Positions 20,560-32,168 of a DNA stretch of 64,000 nt are shown here, one piece after another; the stretch's first letter is position 1; every line of letters begins with the position of its first letter. The stretch is from an uncultured Nitrososphaerales archaeon (GTDB lineage Archaea; Thermoproteota; Nitrososphaeria; Nitrososphaerales; Nitrososphaeraceae): the NCBI GenBank assembly GCA_963713605.1, contig CAVQMO010000001.1, forward strand, positions 960,001-1,024,000, in the 5' to 3' direction. The notes under the pieces are model-generated. The model did not search any database and was not told the DNA's origin. It saw only the letters and a program-made list of their open reading frames with translations. Both the position numbers and the translations under genes were made by a program.

Positions 20560-22247
20560 GTGAATTTACGAAGTCACAAGATTATCGAAGGAAGTGCAAG
20601 AGCGCCACAACGGTCATATTATAAATCTATGGGCTTAACAGACGATGATTTGTCAAAACCGATGGTAGCGGTATCTTCAACATGCAACGAAGCTACTCCC
20701 TGCAATATCCATCTCGGAAGGTTGGCACAGCATGCAAAAAATGGAGTAAAAGATATCGGTTGCACTCCTAGAGAATTTACAGCCATTTCGGTTTCGGACG
20801 GTATCGCGATGGGTCACGAAGGAATGAAAGCTTCCTTGGTTAGTAGAGAGATTATCGCAGATTCTATTGAGGTAATGATGATTGCCCACCAATATGACGC
20901 CCTTGTTGGGCTATCTGGGTGTGATAAGAGTTTGCCAGGTACATTGATGGGAATGGCTCGCATAAATCTTCCTTCTATATTCGTATATGGAGGGTCAATA
21001 TTGCCAGGTGTCTGGAACGGTAAACAGGTTACTATACAGGACGTTTTTGAAGCTGTCGGCAGCTATGAAGCCGGCAAGATGAGTATGGCGGAACTAGTAA
21101 GTTTGGAAAATGTTGCATGCCCTTCTGCTGGTTCATGCGCAGGTATGTATACGGCCAATACAATGGCATCTGTGGGCGAAGCACTTGGCATGTCGTTGCC
21201 AGGCAGTTCTACAGCACCAGCAGAAAGCGAGAAAAGAACCTCTACATGTTATACAACAGGAAAAGCAATTGGCGCGCTTATAGAAAATGACATTCGACCA
21301 AAGGATATTATGACGTTTGAAGCCTTTGAAAATGGGATCGCCATGGCCAACGCTATCGGCGGATCTACAAACGCGGTATTGCATTTAGTCGCCTTGGCAA
21401 GAGAAGTAGGTATAAACTTGACACTGTCAGACTTTGAGAGAGTTAGAAAGCGAACTCCACATATAGCAAATATGAGGCCAGGTGGAGCTTACGTGATGAT
21501 TGATCTCGAAAAGATAGGAGGTATTCCCGTGATCATGAAGATGCTTTATGAACGGGGTCTTTTCAATGGTGAAGTGATGACAGTGACTGGTAAAACTATG
21601 AAAGAAAACCTGGATCACGTTGAGGTCGATTTATCTGACCACAGTCAGTTGGTTGCCCCGATAACTGCACCTCTTCATTCACAGGGAACGCTCAAGGTTT
21701 TGAGCGGCACATTGGCACCTGATGGGGCGGTAGTTAAAATCGCTGGGATCAACACACCTCGCTTTCGTGGAAAAGCGAAGGTGTTTGATGCAGAAGAAGA
21801 AGCATTTGGGGCAATTTCAGAAGGACAAGTGACTGAAGGTGATGTAGTGGTCATCAGGTATGAAGGCCCTAAAGGAGGCCCAGGCATGAGAGAAATGCTT
21901 GCAGTGACTGCTGCCCTTGTGGGACAAGGACTAGGCCAGAAGGTTGCGATGGTTACTGACGGGAGATTTTCAGGAGCTACAAGAGGCCTTATGATTGGCC
22001 ATGTTTCACCAGAAGTATGGAGGGGGGGCCTATCGCGATTGTTAAAACTGGAGATCAAATAGAGATCGATATTGAAAAAGGAACCGTTGACCTTCTGGTA
22101 GAAAGTACCACAATTGAGGAGAGATTCAAGAGTTGGAAACCGATCGCAAATCGTTATCTATCTGGAGTTTTGGCAAAATATGCATCACTGGTCCAGTCCG
22201 CATCTGACGGTGCAATCACTCTCCCTGTGAGCGCGAGACCGAGGTGA
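20560..22247 (+). CDS. ilvD: Dihydroxy-acid dehydratase (apparent frameshift ~22020)
   Basis: PCNIHL, CDKSLPG, GGSTN, YEGPKGGPGM, TDGRFSG, HVSPE; C-terminus GGPIAIVKTGD in next frame. Confidence 0.96.
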
Positions 22248-22311
22248 ATTTCTTTGCGAGTTCCAATATTCAATGAAGATGTATAAATATGAACAATGAG
22301 GTCGGTTATAT

Positions 22312-23525
22312 ATGATAAAAATTGGGCTAATAGGCAAGACCAATACTGGTAAGACCACTTTTTTTAACTCTGCTTCCCTTTCATCTGCTGATATCTCCAA
22401 CTATCCATTTACCACGAAGGTCCCTTCAGTCGCAAATGCAAATGCGATTACATTATGCGTTCATAAAGAACTCGGCGTTAATGACAATCCACGTAATTCG
22501 CGGCTGCGTAGACGGTTGGAGGTTCATTCCGATAGAGATAGTCGACCTCCCTGGATTAATAAAAGGCGCTTGGGAAGGGAAAGGTTTAGGTAATCAATTC
22601 CTCTCTGTCGTAGCCCAATCTGACGCCCTGCTTCACATAGTCGATGTTTCAGGAAGCATTGACGCATCAGGGAGAGTGGCCGAACCGGGCACCGGAGATC
22701 CTATCGCAGATATAGCGGACATTGAAGAGGAATTAGTAATGTGGTATCTAAAGTTGTTTGAAGGAAATCGTGACAAAATTGCACGTTCGATCCATTCCGG
22801 AGTAGATAAGATGAATTCTATTACAGAAATTTTTAGAGGAATCGGAGTGAAGGAGCATCACGTGAAGGCCGCTTTATATCGAACAATATGACTGATACAA
22901 AGATTGAAGATTTTAGCTCTGAAATTACCAAGGATTTCGTTTGGTCACTACGAGAGCTCCAAAGCCGACCCTGATAGTTGCAAACAAGGTTGATCTACCG
23001 TCCTCCTCAGAAAATTTCAGAAGACTGAGAGAAGAATACAAAGATCTAATCATTGTTCCTGCGAGTGCAGATGCTGAACTAACGTTGAGGAGAGCAGAAC
23101 ACAGAGGGTTGATCAAATACATTCCTGGTGACGAACGGTTTGAAATCCTAGAGCAGACTGGATTGAATGAAAAGCAAAAATGGGCCCTCAATTTTATCAG
23201 AAGAGATATTCTTGGGGAGTATATGAGAACAGGTGTCCAATTTGCAATAAATGTTGCTGTAATGAAATTACTAAGAATGAATACTGTATATCCAGTGGCT
23301 AATCCCTCAAAGTATTCAGATAGGAACGGGCAAGTATTACCCGATGTCTATCTCATGGAGGCTGGGTCAACTGTTGAAGATCTTGCGCATACAGTTCATA
23401 GCGACTTATCTAGAGGTCTTCTCTATGCAGTGGATGCAAGAGATGGATTGAGGCTCCCTGTCAATTATCACTTGAAGGATCGCGATGTGTTATCTATCGT
23501 CTCATCGGGGAGAAAGAAAAGATGA
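22312..23525 (+). CDS. ychF: YchF/Obg-family ATPase/GTPase with TGS domain (apparent frameshifts)
   Basis: GKTNTGKTT, YPFTT, DLPGL, GLGNQFL, ANKVD and C-terminal TGS across three ORF fragments. Confidence 0.92.
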
Positions 23526-23606
23526 TCCATTGCCGTTTCGTTACAGCATTCCCGTTTAATTTATAAGATAAGTCTTTATCTCTATGGGCTATAGAGAACT
23601 TTAGGA

Positions 23607-23778
23607 ATGTCTGATTCAGGAATTCTCGGAGGAGTAGTCTATGAATGTATGCGCTGTGGCACACACGTAACTGTCGAAGAAGTCTGATCTAGGTTGCCAG
23701 AGATCAAATGTATCTGTGGCTTCAGAGTCTTTAGAAAGGCCAGACAACCTATAGTTAAGGCAGCTAAAAGCAGTCTAA
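23607..23778 (+). CDS. rpoP: DNA-directed RNA polymerase subunit Rpo12/P (not in ORF track; local indel noise)
   Basis: Hand translation ...VVYECMRCG...RLPEIKCICGFRVFRKARQPIVK(QLKAV). Confidence 0.88.
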
Positions 23779-23852
23779 TTGATTTGTCTGCTTCGTTTCA
23801 AGTTTGAGTAAATGTGCATACATTTTTAGCGAGGCTCTGAGATTATATTGGT

Positions 23853-24023
23853 ATGAAAGTGAAGTGTCCAGATTGTGATGGTATAGCAGAGTTATCCGAT
23901 AATTTCAGTTTTGTGCGATGTGAAAAATGCCATTTGGACTTGACTTATGGTGAATATGTCAGGTACATTGGGAAAAAAAATCCCGTGTACAAGGACATAC
24001 TCAGCGATTACAAACTACACTAG
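23853..24023 (+). CDS. 56-aa zinc-ribbon protein (not in ORF track)
   Basis: Hand translation MKVKCPDCDGIAELSDNFSFVRCEKCHLDLTYGEYVRYIGKKNPVYKDILSDYKLH*. Confidence 0.8.
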   Translation: MKVKCPDCDGIAELSDNFSFVRCEKCHLDLTYGEYVRYIGKKNPVYKDILSDYKLH

Positions 24024-24126
24024 TGACAGGTCTTGGTTATCAAATGATTTCCTTTTTTCCTCCCGTGCGGTCATAAATAATAATCACTTAATTCTATATG
24101 AGATCCAATTCAGCACATGTCAACTT

Positions 24127-24817
24127 TCAACTCAAACACAAAAATTGTGTTGTGTGAGAAATCTTTTTCAGACAGACCCGGAAACCTAGAGAGAGATTGT
24201 GCTGGAATGTGATTGACTTATCGAAGCTGAGCGATTCTTGTGCTTGTCTATCCTTGGTTATTACTAACAAATCTATCCCGTCGCCGCTTGCAGAATCTCT
24301 CTGTATCGAAGACCTGATTGCCTTTAATGCAAGATCCTTCGATTGTTCACGCGTAATACTAGATTTGTATTCAGAGTCAAGGACACCTAATGCCATTTCT
24401 GCTCCAGTTCCCACTGAAGCATAATCATCTGGAAGGACCGAGCCCAGAGGGTCTAATGTATAGATTTTAGATTTTGTGTCTACCCCTCCCACAATAACCT
24501 GTGTTAGAAGCGGGAAAAACCTGCGTTCAAACATTATGACAGACATTAGTTTCGCTATCGAATTAGTCGCTACATTCCGCCTTGTTTCAAGCTTGCGAAT
24601 TTTTGCTAAAGCCTCAACTTGTCTGACCAATACTTGCATATCTGCTATCATACCTGCGCATGCAGCTCCAACACTGTCTGTGACAGGAAAAATTTTCCTT
24701 GTTTGTTTATTAATAACGAAATTCCCGTAGGAGACACGTTTTTCAGCAGCTGAAGGTAACGCCGTCAGCGAACGATATTCCTACTGCTGTTGCCCCCGGC
24801 ATAAATTGAAAAGCCAT
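24127..24817 (-). CDS. psmB: 20S proteasome beta subunit (apparent frameshift ~24755)
   Basis: MPGATAVGI...AAEKRVSYG...KIFPV...AGMIADMQ, DPLGS, SVGTG, RDSASGDG. Confidence 0.93.
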
Positions 24818-24896
24818 TTATTTCGTGATTATATCCGACTGTAGTTAGATTTAGTCCTTTCTATCGAAGTGATTTGTTCTAGATATCTTGGTATCC

Positions 24897-26631
24897 CTAT
24901 CTCTTAGTAACTGAGTGGTCGTGTATCCTGATCGCTTCAGCGATTAACCTATTCTGCAATTCTAATGCCTCTTTTGCCTCAGGATGCTTCGCTTCAGCGA
25001 GAGCCTCAGCAACAATCCTTATTATATGTCGTAAGAGAAATTCATCGCCTCTTTTGGCCTCTGATTCGATATGCTGAGTTAGCCTTGTTAACAAAAACGA
25101 CGTTCTCGCTTCTAAAGCTGTATCTTGAATCGGTTTCATCCTCGTAAGGAATTACTTTATATCCAACTTTTTTCAAGGCGAATGTTTTCCTAATGATAGG
25201 TTTTCTGATCCTCTTTATCGTGGATAATCCAGTTGAGGTCTGAAATTTGTCGTCATTTTCAGGCGATGTCTCGAGTAGCGAATCGTAATTCATGCCAAAC
25301 CTGGAAGATGTACCTGAGCCTAGTTCTATGTCGTTTATCCCTTTGGTGCCAACTTCAACAGCCATAGGATTCTCTCTTTGATCGGAGACCGAGTCAGAGT
25401 CTACTACCGTCGAGGCCAGATTCCGCGTCCTTACGATTCTCATTAGGATATTGACGCTGAATTGTCGAATAATTATTTTGACTGGGCGAACCAGTTTCAC
25501 TACTTGTAGAAATCCTGCCGCCTGTAGTAACTTCCAAACTATCGCCAGTTTTGGCCTCCTCTTTGACATCGACTAACTGAAATCCTTCAATTTCCTCTTC
25601 TCCTTCCAAGTTCTCAAACAAGGCTTGCCCTAATGCTTTATCAATTTCCTTGTAAATCTTCGATTCCTCTCTAGTAATCAAGACATCTTCGTATTCGGAC
25701 AAACTAGGGATTACGGTCTCCTTCATGAACTGCTTCATTGTACTGTAAAAAGCGTGGTATTCATCATCCTCAATTAACGCAGATTTGTCTGCAAAACGAG
25801 ATGTCAGAGTATCACACCTAACAAATCCAGTTACCTTGCCCAACCTTGAATCAAGATCAAACGTAGTGCGAGTAACTATGTGATTTCGTATCATGATTCC
25901 AATCCCTCTTTCTTCTTCTGATAGAGGCCTTCTCGCAATGATAATTTCGCCTACAATCCGGGGTGACTCAATATTGACAGAGATTCTGTGACCTTGAATG
26001 TCAGGGGGGCTGATCATCTGAGCCCCAGCAAGATCCCATTCCTTAAAACTGTTGGCGCCTTTCCAATATACCTCAAATAGGGGGTAGCGAAGAATAGCCA
26101 ACTTTCTGATTTCCTTGATTAGTTTAATTGGATTCGATGTTCACCTTAGAATTGCTTAAAGTCAATTCCGTGCCATTGCGGACCAGGAGCGGTTCATTAA
26201 GCTCTTTCAGTTTAGAGTTTCCCTTGTACAGGTCATCAAGTGATGAAGAATCAATCAGGATTGATTTTCTGAATCCATCCCTCTTTGTTCGCATTTTCAT
26301 GCTATCGAAGGACGTCAAGAAGGATAGACGACCAGTGCCATACCTGCCAGTCCTGGTTCTCTTCAATCTCGGAGAAATAAAATCATTCTTCTTGTGAGGA
26401 GAGCCTAGAACAAGAAATTTATCCATTCCATCTTCGTCCATGCCGGCATCATCTTCAATCACGATGGCACCGTCACTGACAATAGTTATTAGTACCCTTG
26501 GTTGCATCCTCGTCAAATGCGTTTTCGATCATTTCTTTTATAATATCATTTGGAGAGACCCAAGTTTTGGTTGCAAATTCTTTGAAGAAAGATGGATGCA
26601 CCTTAAGTTCCACTGTCATTTCTTGTATCAT
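24897..26631 (-). CDS. GHKL (MORC/Hsp90-like) ATPase of about 570 aa, split into five ORF fragments by apparent indels
   Basis: EMIENAFD (N box), EDDAGMD (G1), GRYGTG (G2), NGT (G3); S5-like segment RGIGIMIRNHIV...VTGFVRCD; fragments tile contiguously on the minus strand. Confidence 0.82.
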
Positions 26632-26758
26632 GTACTGGTTCTCCCCTTTATCTATTGCGTAAAATCCCGAATACATTCAGAACGATATCGGATTTCACTA
26701 AAGGTTTGAGAATCTGCAGGAATAATTACAATGTTTATCGAACTTTTAATAATTCAGG

Positions 26759-27328
26759 TCATATTCTTAGTGGAATGATTTTACCAGTATCTATAATTTT
26801 TATTAGGTTTTCCTCAAGTAAATCGAACTTAATCCTGTAGTACTCACCTTTGGCTGACTCGATTTTGTCATGAGCCCTCCTCAAGATACCAATACACGTT
26901 TCGTCTTCGCCTTTCTGAAAATGGACGAAGGCCGCGGCAACTAAAATGACTCCATTAAGTAACCTTTTCTCTTCGCCTTCTGATTGCTTCCAAATGTTTT
27001 CAAGCACTTCGTGGCACCTCCAATATCTCTCATTGTTAAAGAGGTCTCGTGCTTTCTCAATCGCCACTTCTCTAGTGAAATCTTCCTCCTTTATTATTTC
27101 GTAACTATCGAATTCACCAATTGGTGAAAGAGCATTACTAACAATTCGATCTAACACTTCTTGCTCAAAAACACTCACGTCAAACTCAATGAATCGCCGT
27201 GCTATTCTAACATCTCTTATGATAATATTACCAGACTTTGGGATGTTTCTCCTCGCCTCTAGTAGTACTGCCGGCGCATCAGATGGCCTGAACTTTTGGT
27301 TTTTCAGATAAAGAAGATATCTCTTCAT
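26759..27328 (-). CDS. DUF309 domain protein with N-terminal extension
   Basis: LFNNERYWRCHEVLENIW...GVILVAAAFVH signature. Confidence 0.85.
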   Translation of the reverse strand: MKRYLLYLKNQKFRPSDAPAVLLEARRNIPKSGNIIIRDVRIARRFIEFDVSVFEQEVLDRIVSNALSPIGEFDSYEIIKEEDFTREVAIEKARDLFNNERYWRCHEVLENIWKQSEGEEKRLLNGVILVAAAFVHFQKGEDETCIGILRRAHDKIESAKGEYYRIKFDLLEENLIKIIDTGKIIPLRI

Positions 27329-27417
27329 TATTACCTTGGAAATTGAAGATCTACTATAAATTCATGAAGAACGCTCAGTCTGTGAATGCAATGTAGTTTC
27401 TCTTCAAAACCAGAATT

Positions 27418-28249
27418 TTACTCCAGCAGCGAGAAGACAAATGGGGTATCAATGGATTGCTCATTGGTCCACATCGTCGGCAATGTAAGACAATCCAATA
27501 TGCTTAATCTGTGTTCAGCAATAAAGTGACCCCAGCCATATATGCTACGATCCCTTGAATACCGTTTCATCGTATGACTGCCCATTAATGCCAAACCTAA
27601 ACTGGAAGAAGATAAAAATTCATTCTGAATCATATTCCCTATTACTGCTTCGGCAAGAATCTCTCCATGTTCTGGCAGTCCTGAAATCAGGAACATCGGT
27701 TTTGATAAATTCATCCCTTCGAATTTAGCCTTGCAGGCATCGCTGTTTATAATCTCGAATTCGACCCCGGTCGAGCTGAATTATTCGCCGTTGCAGATCT
27801 ACCAGATTAGCATCCAACTCAACGCTTATTCCGCGCAATCCAACGATTGCTCCACAATACGGAATGCGGGCGTCTCCCGATCCTATGTCTATTATTTCGC
27901 TAAAACCCAATAACTTGGCCCTAAGACAAATGATTAATGAAGAAATCAACCACGTTGGGTAAAAAGGCTGATAACAGGCATCATATTTCTTACTGCTTAA
28001 CCAGTATTCTATTACTTCGCACGAAAACACCTTGCACCTGCAATTCTGGATTTTAATTTCTTTCTGACCATGGAAAATTGGGTTTTGGCAGGCAAATTCG
28101 TTGAGCTTTGAAATGGGGAAGTCATCCTTTCCCTCGATACTCAAACAATCCAATGGCAAGATTTCATAAGAAGAACCCATAAAATCACGGCTCTTAGTGT
28201 AGACCCTTTTGAGTCCCGAAACTAAACTGGCCAAATCACGCAGGTACAA
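27418..28249 (-). CDS. Uncharacterised SAM-methyltransferase-like protein (apparent frameshift ~27770; start approximate)
   Basis: YQPFYPTW, IIDIGSGDARI and SVELD motifs; continues into ORF 27418..27714. Confidence 0.65.
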
Positions 28250-28256
28250 AAGGCAG

Positions 28257-28430
28257 TCAATACACCGACTCAGCGCTAGGCCGAAGAGATCTACGGTATG
28301 ACTTGTGCCCACATGTTATGCATCTATAAGCACTTTTCCTTCTGTATGTGATAATTGCATCTTCGTCAGCGATCAAAACATGTTCAGACTTTGCCATACA
28401 GCGATCACAGAATCTCCTCTCTGTTTCCAT
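28257..28430 (-). CDS. 57-aa basic zinc-ribbon protein (not in ORF track)
   Basis: Hand translation METERRFCDRCMAKSEHVLIADEDAIITYRRKSAYRCITCGHKSYRRSLRPSAESVY*; AT-rich TATA-like sequence just upstream. Confidence 0.72.
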   Translation of the reverse strand: METERRFCDRCMAKSEHVLIADEDAIITYRRKSAYRCITCGHKSYRRSLRPSAESVY

Positions 28431-28528
28431 AGTTAGAAAGTATAACTATTGAATCTCAACAAAAATATGAATGTATATTTAATCGAAAGCTGTCAAGTTT
28501 TCGCCCTGCGAATAACAGTTGAATTAAA

Positions 28529-29455
28529 TCATTGTATCGTCTTATCTTTGAGAAGAAGCGGTATCTCTGCGGGAGTTTTAGCCACGGGAATGCCTAATCG
28601 AGCGAAGCTCTCAAATTTGGACTCTGCTGAACCGTACTTCCCGTACACTATTGCCCCTGCATGACCCATCTTCTTCTCCTTCGGCGCTGATCTACCAGCG
28701 ATATATGCTACCATGCGACTTGAGATGCCATTGGCTTCTAAATAGCTTACAAATTTCTCTTCCGCATCTCCTCCAATCTCTCCTACAATCACTATGGGAT
28801 CATTGCTATCAGTAGTCCTTACCATTTCGATTGCTTCAATTAAACTGGTACCATTGATCGGATCGCCGCCTATTCCAAGGCAGATTTTTTGTCCAAAACC
28901 ATTCCTCGACAGATTGAAAGCAACTTCATACATAAGGGTGCCACTCCTTGAGAAAACGATCGTTTTACCGGGAGTAAAAGGATCGGCAGGCATTATGCCT
29001 ATCTTGATCGTTGCCGGAACGATGATCCCTGGCGTGTTTGGACCGACGATTCTTGCCCCTCTCTCTTTAGCATATTCAATTACTTTCATAGAATCTCTTA
29101 TGGGCACGTGCTCCGGGATTGCTACAATTAATTTGATTCCATTTTCCAGAGATTCCATTGCGGCGTTGAGGAAGTGAGGAGCAGGAACAAATATTACAGA
29201 TATTTTTGCATTTGTGTTTGAGACCGCTTCACTTACGGTATTGTATATAGGAACGCCTTCGAACGCTTGACCCCCTTTTCCAGGAGTTACTCCAGCCACA
29301 ATATTGGTACCTGTATCTCTCATTAACCTAGTATGAACAGATCCAAAACTACCTGTGATGCCTTGCACTAACACAGGTTGCCTCTTGTAGTCTAAATCAC
29401 CGATATTCCCAACAAGAATCTTCATTAAGTCATAATCATATGTTTGGCGGGTCAT
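28529..29455 (-). CDS. sucD: Succinyl-CoA ligase alpha subunit
   Basis: VQGITG, GPNTPG, SRSGTL, GEIGG, MGHAGA. Confidence 0.95.
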   Translation of the reverse strand: MTRQTYDYDLMKILVGNIGDLDYKRQPVLVQGITGSFGSVHTRLMRDTGTNIVAGVTPGKGGQAFEGVPIYNTVSEAVSNTNAKISVIFVPAPHFLNAAMESLENGIKLIVAIPEHVPIRDSMKVIEYAKERGARIVGPNTPGIIVPATIKIGIMPADPFTPGKTIVFSRSGTLMYEVAFNLSRNGFGQKICLGIGGDPINGTSLIEAIEMVRTTDSNDPIVIVGEIGGDAEEKFVSYLEANGISSRMVAYIAGRSAPKEKKMGHAGAIVYGKYGSAESKFESFARLGIPVAKTPAEIPLLLKDKTIQ

Positions 29456-30582
29456 AGTATTGCCTTTCGTTCCTGGGACTTTGTTCCCTGCACGGCGGCA
29501 TGGATTGCATCCTCGATCCTATCAAACAAATGAGCCTTTGAGTCGTTGAGTATTTCATTTGCCTTAAGTGATTCCGCTCCTGAAATTCTGGCGAATAAGG
29601 GTACCGTAATCAAGTTGTTTGAATAAGCCCTTAGAATACCTTCGGCAACCAGATCTGTACGGACAATGCCTCCAAATAAATTAACAACAATTGTTTGTAC
29701 CGTCTTGACTCTACTGATAACTGTAAGTGCTTGATAAATCGTCTCAGAGGTTGCACTACCACCAAAATCCAGGAACGCACCAGCATTTCCTCCCGCGTCA
29801 GATACCATATCAAGCGTCGACATGACTAGTCCAGCACCATTACCAATAATTGCGATATTTCCCTGAAGTTGCACAAATGAAAATCCATTCTTTTTAGCAA
29901 GAGATTCCAGTTCAGTTGCTTCCTCATATTTGATCAACTCAGGGTGACGGAACAAAGCATTGTCATCAATGATGACCTTTGAGTCCAAGGCAACAATCGA
30001 GCCATTCATTAAAAGGGCAGCTGGATTCACTTCTACTAGTTCAGCCTCCTTTTCGCAAAGTAATCTATAAAGGCTCTGTACAAATTCAACAAATTTCTGA
30101 CGATTATCGCTACCTAAACCGGCCGCTCCAGCAATTCTAGTAGCAATATCTTCAACGTCATCCTCGGAAGTAACATCCAAAATAAATCGATTTTCTGCCG
30201 ACTCTATGTCCATTCCTCCAGCGGCCGATACTATCAGAGAAAAGCACCTGGCACTACGATTGAGGAATAGGGACACATACAACTCTTTGGAAATGTCTAT
30301 CACTTCTTCGATTAAAAGGCCCCTAGGGGATTCTCCATCAATTTTCTTATTTTGAAGGACAGTAAATTGATTTTCAACTTCATCCATATTTTGGCATTTC
30401 TTAATGGCGCCCGCCTTTCCTCGACCTCCTACCGGGACCTGTGACTTTAATACTATCGGAAATGCAAGTTCATTGTTAAGAAGCAAGCGAGCTTCCTGGA
30501 TTGAAAAAGCCACACGGGATTTGGGGATTGGGATCCCAAATTCCTTAAAAAGCTCTTTCCCTTGATACTCTAGTAGCCTCAT
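29452..30582 (-). CDS. sucC: Succinyl-CoA ligase beta subunit
   Basis: LLEYQGKELF, GGRGKAG, EVNP, GNGAGLVM, FGGIVR. Confidence 0.95.
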   Translation of the reverse strand: MRLLEYQGKELFKEFGIPIPKSRVAFSIQEARLLLNNELAFPIVLKSQVPVGGRGKAGAIKKCQNMDEVENQFTVLQNKKIDGESPRGLLIEEVIDISKELYVSLFLNRSARCFSLIVSAAGGMDIESAENRFILDVTSEDDVEDIATRIAGAAGLGSDNRQKFVEFVQSLYRLLCEKEAELVEVNPAALLMNGSIVALDSKVIIDDNALFRHPELIKYEEATELESLAKKNGFSFVQLQGNIAIIGNGAGLVMSTLDMVSDAGGNAGAFLDFGGSATSETIYQALTVISRVKTVQTIVVNLFGGIVRTDLVAEGILRAYSNNLITVPLFARISGAESLKANEILNDSKAHLFDRIEDAIHAAVQGTKSQERKAIL

Positions 30583-30733
30583 CCCTAGAAAAAAATAATT
30601 AGCTTATTTATAATTCTATTCAATTTTGTTATTAAACACTCTAAATAATGTAAAAGAACTACAAACTCACCAGATTTTTGTTAAGACAGTCCAGATTGGG
30701 ACCCACCAGTTTTAAAATTTATATATGTAGTCT

Positions 30734-30919
30734 ATGGAAACTGAAAATATGGTAGAGAAAATGACTGCTGTTTGGCTAATCTTATTGACAATGATTGTAT
30801 GTGGAGCGGTTCCAACTCTAATGATATTTCTTACAACCATACCTAGCTCGGAAATGTCTCTTTATTTCTATCCGATTTCAAGTGGTGTGCCAGCGTTCTA
30901 CCTGCAATCAGTGTATTGA
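30734..30919 (+). CDS. Small hydrophobic hypothetical protein
   Basis: 61-aa ORF with a TM-like segment; TTTATATA-like element just upstream. Confidence 0.35.
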   Translation: METENMVEKMTAVWLILLTMIVCGAVPTLMIFLTTIPSSEMSLYFYPISSGVPAFYLQSVY

Positions 30920-31021
30920 ATGATTGAGTGTTTCTTAATTTCGGAACAAAAATCACCTGTCATGTATTATATGGTGAGCGCTTCCAAATGTATTTAACTA
31001 CGAATGGGGTAGTTTAGTTAA

Positions 31022-32168
31022 ATGGGCAATTTCCTTAGGAGGAGGACTCCGAATAGGGATCAAAGTGAAGTCTCTGCTCGCTCTAGTGAAGAGGAGCAAC
31101 TAGACATTAGAGACATTCAAAAGACTGATCAATACAAAAAAGGGATTTCGCATATGTCTGACGACAAAATGGAAGATGCGATTCGAGATTTTGATTTGGC
31201 GTTACGTTTAGACCCCAATTATGTTGACGCGTGGATCAAGAAAGGTTATGCTCATTTTCATTTGGACGAGTTTACAACGGCTATTTCATGTTACGATAAA
31301 GCTCTCGATATCGACATTAACAATGCAGAAGCTTGGAACCTCAAGGGACTATCGTTCTACAGGTTGAAAAATTATGAAAAAGCAATACAAGCTTGTGAAA
31401 ATGCGATAGATTATGATCCAAACGACGGTATGGCCTGGTATAATTTGGCTTGCTATCTGGTTCTTTGCAGAAACGTAGCAGACGGATTGGAGGCGCTCAA
31501 GCGTTCTATCGAAATCGATATCTCTTTCGCAAGAAAGGCTGTTCGTGACAGGGATTTTGAATACGCAAGGGCCGAGGAAGGATTTAGGCGCATTGTCGAA
31601 GTTGTTGTTCTTGAAGCTATTAGACAAGGTTACAATTATCCTGGAAAAATAGTTTGGATCACTTCGATGGACAAAGAGGAAGTTGAATATGCTCTTGCTA
31701 GATTGACTATGAAGGGCTTGGTAGTACGGAGGGAACAAAGATATGGTTATTATCCATTTGGTAGGAAGGAAGAAGTACTACGAATTAGCAAAGACTATCG
31801 CAGAAAGAGTGGGAAGTACTAAACGAACAGGATTTCTACATAGAACTAAAACTATTTCAGCGCCTGTTCAGCAGCTGCGAGATATAAGTGAAATATTGGG
31901 GGATGCCAGAATGGCAATAGAAAAAGGAGATTTGGATGCGACTACCAATTATTTTGAGTCATTGATAAATCCGAACAAACACGGAGCAGCTATGATTGAA
32001 CAATTTTTTGACGATCACCGTGACCTTAGGTTGTATCAGATAAGGCTGAAGGACAGGGGTCTTGAATATCTTAACTCACATAGAGCCGAGTTGTTGAACC
32101 TAGTAGAAAATCTAGATGCCAAGATTCGCGCTGGTCCAGTTTCGAGTCAGCAGCCCAACGGTCAATAG
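31022..32168 (+). CDS. TPR-repeat protein with winged-helix-like and helical C-terminal regions (apparent frameshift ~31770)
   Basis: TPR consensus (DAWIKKG, EAWNLKG, AWYNLAC); EEVEYALARLTMKGLVVRR...YYEL wHTH-like segment; continues in ORF 31743..32168. Confidence 0.8.
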
